The notes beneath the pieces were generated by a model. That model did not search any database. It was not told where the DNA came from and was given only the letters and a program-made list of their open reading frames with translations. A stretch of 64,000 nt of DNA from Octopus bimaculoides (Eukaryota): NCBI RefSeq assembly GCF_001194135.2, contig NC_069001.1, forward strand, positions 25,783,910 through 25,847,909, written 5' to 3'. Numbering within the stretch: position 1 is the first letter of the stretch; each line of letters opens with the position of its first letter. Made by a program: the position numbers and the translations under genes. Positions 1 through 11,407 of the stretch are shown here, piece after piece.

Positions 1-2667
1 AAATATGTGTATTTATATATATATATATATATATATTTATAATATCGTGGAAGAAAGTTGTAGAAGCAAGACACCATGTTTATATATTTATTTATAGACG
101 TGTCAAATATGTCATTATTGATATTTCTGTTAAGTCTTCGCTTTCTCGATCGCTTTAGCTGATATTGAAGTTGTAATTTGTGTTCTTTATTGTTTTTGTT
201 TGTTTATTCTATTCTTTTTTTTATGCTTCATATTTTCGTTGCTGGTCTTGATGCCGGTGTTAAGGTCTGGGTTGGTGGTGGTTGCTTGCTTGTCGTTTGT
301 TTTGACAGTTTCTTAATAATCTCAAGCGAGACAGAAAACGTCTTTCGCTTTCTATTCAGCAGTCAACCAATGGAAAGACGAACGGTGTTTATAAATAAAG
401 ACATGTCACGTACTTAGAGAACATGAATTATCCAAACACACACATACACACAACCAAATGAAAATACACATAAACACACACATACATGGACATGGTAAAT
501 GTCTGTCCGTTTTGGGGTAACATTTTCAGGAGAAGTACACTAATACACCCATATATAAATTAGATATGTGCCAATAGAATACGGTAGCATCTCTGTAGAT
601 AACCATTTTAGAAAGGTGTCCAAAAGAAAATATTTCTTTATAAATGCATACACGCATATACCAATATTCTCATCAGAATTAACGAAACCAACAATGGAGG
701 AATAACATCGAATATTTTCTCTTAAGTTTAGAATAGATATTTCTCTAAACAAAAATAATACTCACTTCACCGATGATACACTAAAAAAACTTCCAGAGTA
801 AAATAAATAATGATTATTGAATACATTTCAGAAGGCTTTCTCTCTGCATATTTTTTCTGGTAGAAACTGAACAATAAATGAGTGGCAGTATATTCCCTTA
901 TGACACGTGTCTTCCCTTTGATACCACTCTGTGGCCCCTTGGGTAGATGTCATCCCCCAACCAAAACATTGAGAAATTTATCAGACAACTTGTGGAAATG
1001 CGTGAAAACTGTTCCTGATCTTTGGCGACAGATTTAATCAGTTGCCCAGTTTTTACAACGAAGCCAGGCACTAGGATATCTTCTGTGGATTCCAATTTGT
1101 TTCCTGACTGAATACAATTGCCGAAAGTATTCAAAATTTTGAGAAAGCGCTAATGGGCGTGACTTTATTTTTCTAATTAGCGAAATAGAAGTTTCAACAT
1201 AAGCAACTATATCAAAAACAGTACAGTTATTGATTTTCTTGTTTACAAAAATGAATAAATAAATAAACAAATAAATAAATAAATAAATAAATAAAATGCA
1301 GCAGATCTGAGTAAGCTGATATTTCAGCATAACGACCTCTGGAACTATAATTTTACAAATATTTACACATAAAGTTCAATGTAGCCATCCTTAAAATAAA
1401 ATGAAGTAAAAAGGAATGTCTGTTCGCCTTCTTGGGATATAAAACCTTTCCACAGATTCCTTCAGAGATAAATTTATGAGAATCAAATAGTTCCCCGAAA
1501 AATAACAGTATGTAACCAAAAATTCTCTGTCGGAAATATAATCTATTGCCACATCTCTTCAAATTAATACATTAATTGCTTTATTTTGAGATATAGATTC
1601 TTGAATGATTTAAATCTCTTAAGCATTTGTGACATTAGAAGAATATGTGAAGGTTTCGCTTTTCATATTTGGAATTTTCCATTCTAGCTATCAGAAATGT
1701 ATTACCACTAAATGACTTTCAACAGCCAAGTACACTTTATCTTGCTACATGAAACGATCGATTCGTTCCACTCGAACGAAATTCGACGTCTTTTGTATCT
1801 CTCTACGTGGTGGACAACTCTCAGATTTTTCATAACCAATCGTCAACTTTCTCTCTCAACAAACAATTCACTGATAAGTCTCTACGGAAGAAAAATTATA
1901 TTATGACAGCATTTTTCAAAATTTCGTTCAAAAACCATGTTTCACGTTTTTTCTATCCATGCATTTATTTTACATAAGCGTATGTCATATCTCGTGTTAC
2001 CGTTCGTTTAAGCAGCTTGCTGAACAGTCTGAGATGAATGTTATGTTCGCCTTGACGAAAATGCACAGTTTTTCTTCAAAGTGTGTCTAAATTATTGCGT
2101 ATAATTTATTCGATATAGTCATCATATTCGTACTATCAGCTTAGAGACCCAACATCAGTTATGGAGGGTTTTTTGTTCTTAACATATTAATGTGGTGAAA
2201 TAGCGTTACAGAATTCATTCTCCTCCCATATGTGTGTGTGTGTGTGTGTGTGTGTAAAACGTTAATACATTTTTTACAATTCTAAGATGTCTCTCATTCA
2301 GTAATGGATTTTTTTACATTACCATGAAAACTGTTTCTATCACCGTTCCTGTAAATTAATTAGAAAGCGCAAAGTATCAAACACTAAGGAGAGAAAACAA
2401 GGCATTTCTTATTAAATATATTAGCTTTCGTTCGTTCCATTTTCACTCACTCTCTCATTGGCGCTTTCTTTGTTTCTCTCTCTCTCATCCACACACCCAT
2501 ATGTGTATGTGTATGTGTGTGTGTATAGATGTATGTGTGAATGGGTGTTCCAGTATGGAACTTCACATTATGTGTTTCCTTCTTCAAACCCTAAAGCACT
2601 CCCGGACACTGGTCTTTTAATCTACCCGCCAGATGATCAGAAACTTGGACAAAAATACCTTCGTCAT

Positions 2668-3306
2668 TAAATTCTTTTCTAATCTCGGTACAAGGCCCGA
2701 AATTTTGGGGTAAGGGGGCAGTCAATTAGATCGACCCCAATACGCAAATGGTACTTGGTTTATCGACCCTCGAAAGGTTGAAAAGCATAGTCGACCTGAG
2801 CAGATTTTTAACTCAGAGCATAAAGACAGACGAAATACCGCTAAGAATTTCGCCCGGCGTGCTAACGTTTCTTATTTCTTTATTGCCTACAAGGGGCTAA
2901 ACATAGAAGGGACAAACAAGGATAGACAAAGGGATTAAGTCGATTACATAGACCCCAGTGCGTGACTAGTACTTAATTTATCGACCCCGAAAGGTTGAAA
3001 GGCAAAGTCAACCTCAGCGGATTTTGAACTCAGAACGTAACGGTAGACGAAATACTTCTAAGCATTTCGCCCGGCGTGCTAACGTTTCTTAATTCTTTAC
3101 TGCCCACAAGGGGTTACACACAGAGGAGACAAACGGATTAGATCGATTATATTGCCTCCAGTGCGTAACTGGTACTTTTTAAATCGATCCCGAAAGGATG
3201 AAAAGCAAAGTCGACCTCGGTGGAATTTGAACTCAGAACGTAACGGCAGGCGAAATATCCCTAAGCATTTTGCCCGGCGTGCTAACGTTTCTGCCAGCTC
3301 GCCGTC
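2668..3306 (-). mobile_element. Three fused copies of tRNA-derived SINE family A (one head, three bodies)
   Basis: The minus strand reads ggcgagctggcagaaacgttagc...gagttcaaattcc (B-box-like)...gtcgactttgc...tail. The body then restarts at agaaacgttagcacgccgggcgaaa at about 3089 and about 2872. The same family recurs many times in the window. Confidence 0.92.
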
Positions 3307-3914
3307 TTACAAACGTCATTAAATTGATAAATACGCGTGTACTGGGGTGGAGTCATTGTTTCGTTAATTATATTTGATGTAATAACACCTAGTAACAAAC
3401 GTGACGTTGTATAAGAAATTTAACTCTATAAATATATATATCGATAAAATGAATTCACGACTGATATAAGCAGTCGAATCAATAAAGTCGAGAAAATATC
3501 TTGAAAGTAGCTGTTTAAAACGGCCAGTGTAAATTTGAAGACAGGTATGTGTGTGGGCTGTGCTGGTGAATACATGAAAAGTCTTCGCCGATGAAGTTAC
3601 AAAAGTAAAATTTTAAATGTCATTTGCGTAAAATGCTGTGCAGTCTTTACTAGAAATATGTATTCGCAAAGGGAACACCTGCGCTTAACATTTATGTCTG
3701 CAATTATTTTAATATATCCACCATTTATCATGCACGATATAGTAACACTTTCGTTTCCTCCATAGACAGCTTATTAAGGTAACACTGTTTCACAATGTAA
3801 AAGAGGATGTTACAGAATATACTCTAAATAAATAGATACCTCATTTCAGACTGCTGAACATACCGAGTATGAGCGATTTTAGCGGTAGAAATATAAAAAG
3901 AAGACATGTTGGAA

Positions 3915-4136
3915 TTAATAGAATCGTGAATACATTGCCACCATGAACTTGAACTTAGCGGTATTTCGTCCGCTATTACATACTGAAGTTAAATTATGCC
4001 GTGGTCGACTTTACCTTTCATCCTATTGCGGTCGATAAAATATGTACCATTTGAGTACTGTGATCGATGAAATTCACTGTCCTCCTCCTGCTCCAAATTT
4101 AAGGCTTTGTGCCTATTGTAGAGAAGGATATTATAA
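3915..4136 (+). mobile_element. Decayed SINE family A
   Basis: cttagcggtatttcgtc...ggtcgactttacctttcatcc...gtcgataaaat...ccaaatttaaggctttgtgcc matches the other family A copies. Confidence 0.8.
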
Positions 4137-4194
4137 GACTTTCAGAAACTTGTCTTACTAACCAAGAACTGATAATCGAAGAAACTGCGATTTA

Positions 4195-5288
4195 TATATT
4201 CTTTTGAAAACACAGGAAGAGAGAGATGAAAGTGTAGGATTTGCTGTAAAGAAGTTAGTTGAAAGGCTCCCAGGAACACCGTGTCGCAAAAGCTTTTGAC
4301 TGTCAGTGGATATAGTCAGAATATACACTCCCATAATGCTACATTCTGACGACGATATATTGTTGTTTTCAGCTACTCACCCGTATGACAAATTATTTTT
4401 GATAGGAAACTTTAATTGTAGAGCGGGATACAGACATAATATTCGGCATTGCCTGGGAAAAATTGCCCTTGTTACACCCTTTCAGCAATGGACTGTACCT
4501 CTTCTGCTATGTAATGAATATGACCTAGCTACCGGTAACACTTTGTTTAGTCAAAAATGAGAACATCGCGACATGGATGCATCCACGTTCAAATCACTGA
4601 CACATAATTGATTTCTAAGTTTCATCGCAAAGCAAATACATGTAAAGAGCCTGATGTGAGCAAACACTATCAAAAGCAACTCAATATGTTTTGTAATCCA
4701 TCATTGACAGTCGTCTGTCTTTAAACCAGGTGAATACTTAAGAGTGTTTCAAGGAAAATATATGCAACACATCTAAGGAAACTCTGGTAATTACAAAAAG
4801 GAAACAGCAAGACTGGATCAATGAGGATGGTAAGGCGACTCATAACATGCTGGAAGTACTCAAAGATTACATGAAAGGACACACGATTCACATTTATCCT
4901 CAAATTATAAGGCGTAAACAGAGGATACATTAAGGAAGGCTGGAGTCCAAAGGCATATGTGGTAGCATCTAGAATGATTAGCTATCAAAAACGGCTCAAT
5001 CCCGTCTAAATGAAGTAGGTGCTAGAGATTCTAGAAACATGTATCAACAACTGAAAGAAGTCTATGATCTGTAAGAGTTATCTTTTGTTTCTATTAAGTC
5101 CAAGATTGAAATAAGTTTTCGAAGCAGCCAAATGACATATAGGCTACAGGGAAGGAGTACTACAGTGTGAAACGAGGCAGGATAGCACAGACTGATGAAT
5201 CTTTGCTAGATGATATTGAGCAGCTGTCATTTTTCGGAGGAAACAGCAAATCAGAAAGAATTCAACAAAGCCATAAAACAAATCAACA
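4195..5288 (+). mobile_element. Decayed RTE/BovB-type LINE, AP-endonuclease and linker region
   Basis: Frameshifted peptides ESVGFAVKKLVERLP, YTPIM, DKLFLIGNFNCRAG, GNTLFSQK and TWMHPRSNH*HIIDF match the canonical RTE endonuclease motifs (GVGFA, YAPT, GDFNARVG, TWxHPRSKxWHxID). Confidence 0.88.
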
Positions 5289-5382
5289 TAGCAAAGATTC
5301 ATCAGTCTGTGCTATCCTGCCCCGTTTCACACTGTAGTACTCCTTCCCTGTAGCCTATATGTCATTTGGCTGCTTCGAAAAC
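5115..5382. repeat. Near-perfect inverted repeat: 94-bp arms (5115-5208 and 5289-5382), 80-bp spacer
   Basis: Arm 2 is the reverse complement of arm 1 with one mismatch (read by eye). Confidence 0.95.
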
Positions 5383-5439
5383 ATATATATTTATACATTA
5401 TTTTTTTAATGGTTTGATTCGAACCTATGCAATTTACTT

Positions 5440-6360
5440 CTGTCAGCAACTTACAGAAATTTCGGTCCTCCAGCTCATTTGCATGCTGTATCTGGATGAA
5501 CTAGCGGTGACTATGCATATCGCCGTTCCTCTTACATAGGACAGATTCATATCATACATATTCGTCTTCAATTTTAAATCAAAACTTTCGTGGATATTAA
5601 GAGATTGATTGGTAAAAGAAACGGGTGACATTCTGGCATCGAAGAATTAGTGATTATGATGATTGAGTGGACTGGTGTGATTATCAGAACATAATAATGA
5701 ACAGGCGTGAGACAGACAGGCGGGGTATATGGATTGTAAATGTAATCGTCTCGGATAGATTCAAGATTAGTCGCAGTAGAAATGGTTCAATCTGGGGACA
5801 GCACTCCTATTGGCTATAGGCCGGAGTGTTTCTATGAATAAATTTGTGCCCGTCATTTTATAGTTTCTTTTCTGGATTTGATCGGAGATGTGGGGAGGTG
5901 CAAACAAAAACCTCCCTGGATTTGAGTGTAACAGTTCAATGAAGCCACATCTGTGCTTTGAAGGGTGACAATACTTGTTGGTTGCCGAGTATTTTTCCCA
6001 TTCTGAAGAGAAAAGTTGGTCGCTAGAAAGCAGTCGTAGATATGATTTTTTCAGGAGATATGCATAATTTTATTTAGACACTAAATATGGGGCGAATTTG
6101 AGGACTCTAGCTGAATGCTTCTCAGGAATTAGGAGAAGTTGCACAGAATCTTTTCGTTAATATGAGTTGAATAGTTTGTGGTATATTTTCCTGTTGAAAG
6201 AAAAATATTTCACGTATCCCTATTTGATCATGCTTTCGAGATTTCTGTTCGTTGAGTCAATGTGTGATAGGTTTAGGTATGGCTTGAGAAAGTTGGTTCA
6301 GGATGTTAAGTAATGTAATCTACATAAAAATGGTTGTTGATTGATCTAGCAGCAAGTAGG
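5440..6360 (-). mobile_element. Possible highly decayed Penelope-like retroelement remnant
   Basis: Only weak, frameshifted resemblance to the GIY-YIG C-terminus (KLKTNMYDMN versus LxTxxPxGLN). No intact motif. Confidence 0.2.
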
Positions 6361-7475
6361 TTAGGGGAGAGCAAGAGATCGACAGAAAACGGGACAAACG
6401 TTCGTCAACACGCGAACTGTAAGGTAACTATGCATCGAATATGTATATATAACTAGTGACTATTGGGAGAAAATTTCTATAACACATTCGCATGTTAAGC
6501 TTTGATGAAATTATTGCAGAAAGGGTGAAAGTATTATTTTCATTAACGTATTCAGACACGATCCTGCTGTGAATGAAGGAGATTGGGTCGCCAGTTGATC
6601 GAATATTATGAAAACCATAAATCGTTAAGAGAGAGTGACAAAAACAGAAAGGGAGAGAGAAGCAAGTTTTAGGAGCCGGTCGTTTTTAGTGGCTACCGGC
6701 ATTAGCTTAGGAGAAGAATTAAGCTGATATTTGACTCACTCAATCAGGTCGCCTTTCTTAGAGATGAGACAATATAGCCCGATTCCAATGACGGAGAGAG
6801 ATCAACGTCTGGGAAGCAGTCAATGAAAAGCTTGCTAAGTACAACATATAGCTGCATAGGGCAATATTAAACAGACGAGGCACTGTCTCAATCATTTGTT
6901 TTGTTGGCTTGAAGCACCCAACTTATCTCTTAATTTTTGGTCTGAGTGGATGCCAAATTGCGGTCAATTTGTGAACAGAATAATATTACCTGTGCCAAAT
7001 AGTTGCAATGCGGTTTCTCTTCAAAGCAAGCAGGGAATATCAAGCGATTGCTTTGCGCGGCCTCGCTTCATGGGCCACCACCGCGGTGAGGAATAACGCA
7101 TTGTAAGAAATAACGGTGTAAGAAATAACGATTCCACAAAGTTAATAACGATGTTACCTATTAAACTTTGTGAAACTTTAATTGGTAAGGAGCCAAAAGA
7201 AATCGACTGTATTTGGCTATCGTAAGAGAATGCAGCCTGCGCAACATGCGAAGTATATATTTCGTGGTTTAAATAACGGCTTTTCTCACGTTGCAATACT
7301 GGGTAACGTCAAAGTCTTTATGGATGACTGACTTTGGTTAGACATTTTGGCCTAAAATTGTAGGACGTAGTTGCGTCTGAACAAATTCTGCAGAGTAATG
7401 AAGAACCGGCTTCAGATATTTTAAAGTTGTGCAATGGGGAAATGTATGTGTGAGCGTCTGTATATATATATATAT

Positions 7476-7515
<40 letters not shown>

Positions 7516-8101
7516 CTGTGTGCGTAAGTGCATATATGTATGTATGTATATATAGATACGTATGTATGTATGTATATGTCTGTGCGCGCACTGGTATCTA
7601 TGTGTATTAGTACTCGTATATATGTGTGTGTGTGTGTGTNNNNNNNNNNNNNNNNNNNNNNNNNNNNNNNNNNNNNNNNNNNNNNNNNNNNNNNNNNNNN
7701 NNNNNNNNNNNNNNNNNNNNNNNNNNNNNNNNNNNNNNNNNNNNNNNNNNNNNNNNNNNNNNNNNNNNNNNNNNNNNNNNNNNNNNNNNNNNNNNNNNNN
7801 NNNNNNNNNNNNNNNNNNNNNNNNNNNNNNNNNNNNNNNNNNNNNNNNNNNNNNNNNNNNNNNNNNNNNNNNNNNNNNNNNNNNNNNNNNNNNNNNNNNN
7901 NNNNNNNNNNNNNNNNNNNNNNNNNNNNNNNNNNNNNNNNNNNNNNNNNNNNNNNNNNNNNNNNNNNNNNNNNNNNNNNNNNNNNNNNNNNNNNNNNNNN
8001 NNNNNNNNNNNNNNNNNNNNNNNNNNNNNNNNNNNNNNNNNNNNNNNNNNNNNNNNNNNNNNNNNNNNNNNNNNNNNNNNNNNNNNNNNNNNNNNGTGTG
8101 G

Positions 8102-8468
8102 AGGCGCAATGGCCCAATGGTTAGAGCAGCGGACTCGCGGTCAAAGGATCGCGGTTTCGATTCCCAGATCGGGCGTTGTGAGTGTTTATTGAGCGAAAAC
8201 ACCTAAAGAGCCACGAGGCTCCGGCAGGGGATGGTTGCGAACCCTGCTGTACTCTTTCACCACAACTTTCTCTTACTATTTCCTCCTTTTTCTGTTGTAC
8301 TTGTATTTCAAAGTGTCAGCCTTGTCACACTGTGTCACGAGAACTACGTTAAAGGTACACGCGTCTGTGGAGTGCTCAGCCACTTGCATATTAATTACAC
8401 GAGCAGGTAGTTCCTTTGATCGGATCAACTGGAACCATCGACGTCATAAGCGACGGAGTGCCAACAAC

Positions 8469-8469
<1 letters not shown>
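8102..8469 (+). mobile_element. tRNA-derived SINE family C, near full length
   Basis: A-box-like TGGCCCAATGG and B-box-like GTTTCGATTCC in a tRNA-like head, then a unique body and a tail ending gacggagtgccaacaaca. A decayed tail fragment recurs at about 27410-27500. Confidence 0.88.
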
Positions 8470-8501
<32 letters not shown>

Positions 8502-8762
8502 CTCCTTCCTACTAACGAGTCACGTCATTAAATATATTCGTTGATCTATCCTCATACACTGATAAACACACATGACCATTACCCATTAAAGAAAAATAAA
8601 ACAAACTGGAAGCGATATACTTAATGCTAGGCAATATTACTGCTACTCTACATCTATGATGAAGTCCAAACGTCTCATAAATTTTATATACATTCTGGGA
8701 CATACTCCTAGCTATTTCCCTTCTTTCTCACTTTCTCTCACTCACATACACACACTCTTTGC

Positions 8763-8808
<46 letters not shown>

Positions 8809-9389
8809 CCATTTCTCTCTGCCCCTTGCTCACCTACTATCTCTCAAATTCTCTCTAAAATTTTTAGTGATTCGCACATTTATATATATGCGTAGCCACA
8901 CTCAATCACGCATTTTACNNNNNNNNNNNNNNNNNNNNNNNNNNNNNNNNNNNNNNNNNNNNNNNNNNNNNNNNNNNNNNNNNNNNNNNNNNNNNNNNNN
9001 NNNNNNNNNNNNNNNNNNNNNNNNNNNNNNNNNNNNNNNNNNNNNNNNNNNNNNNNNNNNNNNNNNNNNNNNNNNNNNNNNNNNNNNNNNNNNNNNNNNN
9101 NNNNNNNNNNNNNNNNNNNNNNNNNNNNNNNNNNNNNNNNNNNNNNNNNNNNNNNNNNNNNNNNNNNNNNNNNNNNNNNNNNNNNNNNNNNNNNNNNNNN
9201 NNNNNNNNNNNNNNNNNNNNNNNNNNNNNNNNNNNNNNNNNNNNNNNNNNNNNNNNNNNNNNNNNNNNNNNNNNNNNNNNNNNNNNNNNNNNNNNNNNNN
9301 NNNNNNNNNNNNNNNNNNNNNNNNNNNNNNNNNNNNNNNNTATATATATATATAAATGTATACACACAACACACATATATATACATACA

Positions 9390-9433
<44 letters not shown>

Positions 9434-9435
9434 CT

Positions 9436-9532
9436 AGACTTTCCGTATTCCCGAGCGTCATACTAATATATACTTTTGTTATTTACACCACCTGTCCTCG
9501 TCTGTTGTTATTTTTTGTATATTCTCCCATAT
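9436..9532 (+). mobile_element. Penelope pseudo-LTR-like repeat fragment between (TA)n tracts
   Basis: 97 nt with 2 mismatches to 58320-58416, the sequence directly downstream of the hammerhead motif there. Confidence 0.8.
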
Positions 9533-10324
9533 ATAATATATCTATATACGTATAAATGGATGTGTGTATATATATATGTGTTTGTGCTTGTATATATATA
9601 TATATGTTTATTTATATATGTATGTATGTCTGTATACATATGTTTATTTTTATATGTATGCATGTCTATGTATATATGTCTATTTATTTATATATGCATG
9701 CGTGTATGTGTGTGTGTATGTATATATGTACGTCGAATATATATGCATATCCGCATTCCTAGGCATTTATAATTGCGTGTGTACACAATAATAAATGCCT
9801 CCAATGAAGCGGTACATATAAGCATACATACAATTACATAGCGTTAAAGAAGAGTACTGAATTGATTTTTGCCTATAATTACGATCAGGAAGTCGCTCCT
9901 TCCATTTCTTTCTTTGTTCAATATTTTATGCAAACAATTTTTATTGAATCTGTTCATTGTTTTTCTTTCGATCTATCTCTTGTGTATAACTGGTGGAATT
10001 CATCAAAAGAATGCATGCAGACAAACACTTCACTAAACAGACATATAAACACAGTCACATACAATATATTTGAGAGAGAAAAAGAGAGAAAGAGAGTGAG
10101 AGAGGGAGGGAGGGAGACAGAGAAAAAGGGGCTGGGAGTGGGGTGAAAAGGGAAAGCATGAAATAGGAAGGGTTATTTAAATTATATTACATAGGAATGT
10201 AAGCGTTATAAAGACACACACGCGTACATACGTGTATATGTGTACATATATATGTGTGCATGTGTTTATATGGACATGTTCTTGTGTGTTGGTTAAATTA
10301 TACATGTGTATATACAGGCATATA

Positions 10325-10360
<36 letters not shown>

Positions 10361-10875
10361 NNNNNNNNNNNNNNNNNNNNNNNNNNNNNNNNNNNNNNNN
10401 NNNNNNNNNNNNNNNNNNNNNNNNNNNNNNNNNNNNNNNNNNNNNNNNNNNNNNNNNNNNNNNNNNNNNNNNNNNNNNNNNNNNNNNNNNNNNNNNNNNN
10501 NNNNNNNNNNNNNNNNNNNNNNNNNNNNNNNNNNNNNNNNNNNNNNNNNNNNNNNNNNNNNNNNNNNNNNNNNNNNNNNNNNNNNNNNNNNNNNNNNNNN
10601 NNNNNNNNNNNNNNNNNNNNNNNNNNNNNNNNNNNNNNNNNNNNNNNNNNNNNNNNNNNNNNNNNNNNNNNNNNNNNNNNNNNNNNNNNNNNNNNNNNNN
10701 NNNNNNNNNNNNNNNNNNNNNNNNNNNNNNNNNNNNNNNNNNNNNNNNNNNNNNNNNNNNNNNNNNNNNNNNNNNNNNNNNNNNNNNNNNNNNNNNNNNN
10801 NNNNNNNNNNNNNNNNNNNNNNNNNNNNNNNNNNNNNNNNNNNNNNNNNNNNNNNNNNNNNNNNNNNNNNNNNNN

Positions 10876-11031
10876 CATATATATATATTTATATGCCTAT
10901 ATGTATGTATATATGTATATAGATAAATGTATTTATATGCATATATATATATGTGTGTATTCATATATATATATATATTTATATGCCTATATGTATGTAT
11001 ATATGTATATAGATAAATGTATTTATATGCA
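10876..11031 (+). repeat. Tandem duplication within a TA/TG low-complexity tract
   Basis: catatatatatatttatatgcctatatgtatgtatatatgtatatagataaatgtatttatatgcat occurs twice. Confidence 0.8.
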
Positions 11032-11141
11032 TATGTGCATAAATGTGTGTATATATGTGTACATATATGTGTGTGTATACGGTGGATATTGCAAATACAT
11101 AGCAAGAATCATACATTCATCTGTACATATAAATCTTGCAG

Positions 11142-11250
11142 ATTTCACGACTAATATATGCCCTTTCAAATCAAAATTGTATAAATTCAGATGCAGAAAT
11201 GTATATACGCATCTCTGCGTCTCTAGGAAAATAATTAGATTTACGAATAG
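11142..11250 (+). CDS. Candidate internal exon of an unknown gene (DFTTNICPFKSKLYKFRCRNVYTHLCVSRKIIRFTNR)
   Basis: tcttgcag acceptor, AG|gtatgt donor, and one open frame with 3 Cys. No recognisable domain and no partner exons identified. Confidence 0.2.
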
Positions 11251-11372
11251 GTATGTATTATAAATGTATTTATGCGCGTGTGCATGCGTCTTTAGGTGTG
11301 TATATCTCCTAGACATACTTATAGAACAATGCATAACTATACAAACACATATAACAACGTGTGTATATATAG

Positions 11373-11407
<35 letters not shown>

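Noticed and set aside
898-2130. GC-richer ORF fragments with faint Tc1/mariner or LINE resemblance
   Set aside because: No diagnostic motif or terminal repeats could be confirmed by eye.
6800-7300. Possible L1/Tx1 C-terminal remnant (IETVPRLF)
   Set aside because: One weak motif only, so it is not supportable.
7318-11105. Long ORFs spanning N-runs or TA/TG repeats (poly-X, YI/CV/HT-rich)
   Set aside because: Artefacts of gaps and dinucleotide repeats. The same applies at 26.6-27.2, 44.0-44.5 and 46.8-47.4 kb.
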